Shown one piece after another: positions 63,551-64,000 of a stretch of DNA of 64,000 nt (position 1 is its first letter; each line of letters opens with the position of its first letter). Both the position numbers and the translations under genes were made by a program. Source of the stretch: a virus (taxonomy: Duplodnaviria > Heunggongvirae > Uroviricota > Caudoviricetes). The notes under the pieces were generated by a model. That model was not told the origin of the DNA. It ran no database searches and saw only the letters and a list, made by a program, of their open reading frames with translations. The stretch lies in IMG/VR virus record IMGVR_UViG_3300043418_000226; one strand, given 5' to 3'.

Positions 63551-64000
63551 ATGGCAAATCAAAATTTTACAGTATTTCAGAAGTTAACAAGGATGTTTGG
63601 ATATCCTGGTCAAGTAAGACCACAACAGGCACCATCATTCAATTTTAACAGAGATGAATTACTCAAAACAGACAGTAAAGAGGAGTTTGAAAAGGCAATG
63701 TTACAAGCCCAACAAAGTCAATACATTGCAGACAAATGGGCAAAGCTCGACCAATCATTATATAATCAATCGGTTTATTATGAACCAAATAGATTGGCAG
63801 CATATTATGACTATGAATCAATGGAGTTTACTCCTGAGATATCAGCGGCCTTAGACATCTATGCTGAGGAATCAACAACATTATCAGAAAAAGGTGAAAT
63901 ATTAACTGTATTTTCAGAGTCAGATAGAATTAAAACTATTCTTGAAGATTTATTTTTAAATAAATTAGACATAAATACCAACCTACAAATGTGGGCTAGA
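63551..64000 (+). CDS. hypothetical protein, 5' partial (possibly portal by position after terL)
   Basis: ATG at 63551; open to the window end; MANQNFTVFQKL... Confidence 0.45.
   Translation, partial: MANQNFTVFQKLTRMFGYPGQVRPQQAPSFNFNRDELLKTDSKEEFEKAMLQAQQSQYIADKWAKLDQSLYNQSVYYEPNRLAAYYDYESMEFTPEISAALDIYAEESTTLSEKGEILTVFSESDRIKTILEDLFLNKLDINTNLQMWAR

Noticed and set aside
62134-63854. + ORFs 62134..62349, 63409..63648 and 63654..63854
   Set aside because: The first is an internal alternative frame of terL. The latter two are out of frame with the more plausible long ORF starting at 63551 that runs to the window edge.

Overview
AT-rich (about 30% GC) window that looks like part of a large phage (jumbo or megaphage-like) infecting a Bacteroidetes host, not ordinary bacterial chromosome. 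Supporting this: a terminase large subunit, a tail-collar domain protein, a PG-binding/GH19 endolysin, an HNH endonuclease sitting inside a tRNA array, and five copies of a conserved minus-strand promoter module whose reverse complement is the Bacteroidetes -7 box TAnnTTTG with a TTTG about 19-21 nt upstream. The centre of the window (27.2-41.9 kb) is a minus-strand translation island: a tmRNA (ssrA), SmpB, a PTH2-type peptidyl-tRNA hydrolase, a flotillin-like protein and at least 26 hand-folded tRNAs that together cover all 20 amino acids. It also holds a tRNA with anticodon CUA (amber suppressor). The PTH2 gene has an in-frame TAG at codon 5, directly upstream of its conserved active-site motif, so this phage may translate TAG as sense (probably Gln). 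Other modules are a glycosyltransferase/methyltransferase cluster with an RmlC-like cupin, an RNA ligase plus polynucleotide kinase RNA-repair pair, a ClpC-like unfoldase, a GMP-reductase-like enzyme, a secreted DRGH nuclease, a TonB-dependent receptor, two secreted paralogous proteins (one with a PA14 domain) and paralogous small lipoproteins. At least five proteins share an N-terminal leader of about 21 aa ending in (L/I)-x-E-Q, consistent with a T4-like prohead-protease propeptide or capsid-targeting signal. A roughly 1 kb transcribed stretch with a promoter and terminator but no ORF (29.5-30.5 kb) probably encodes a large structured RNA. No CRISPR array and no rRNA were seen. All tRNA and ncRNA coordinates come from manual folding and may be off by 1-3 nt.
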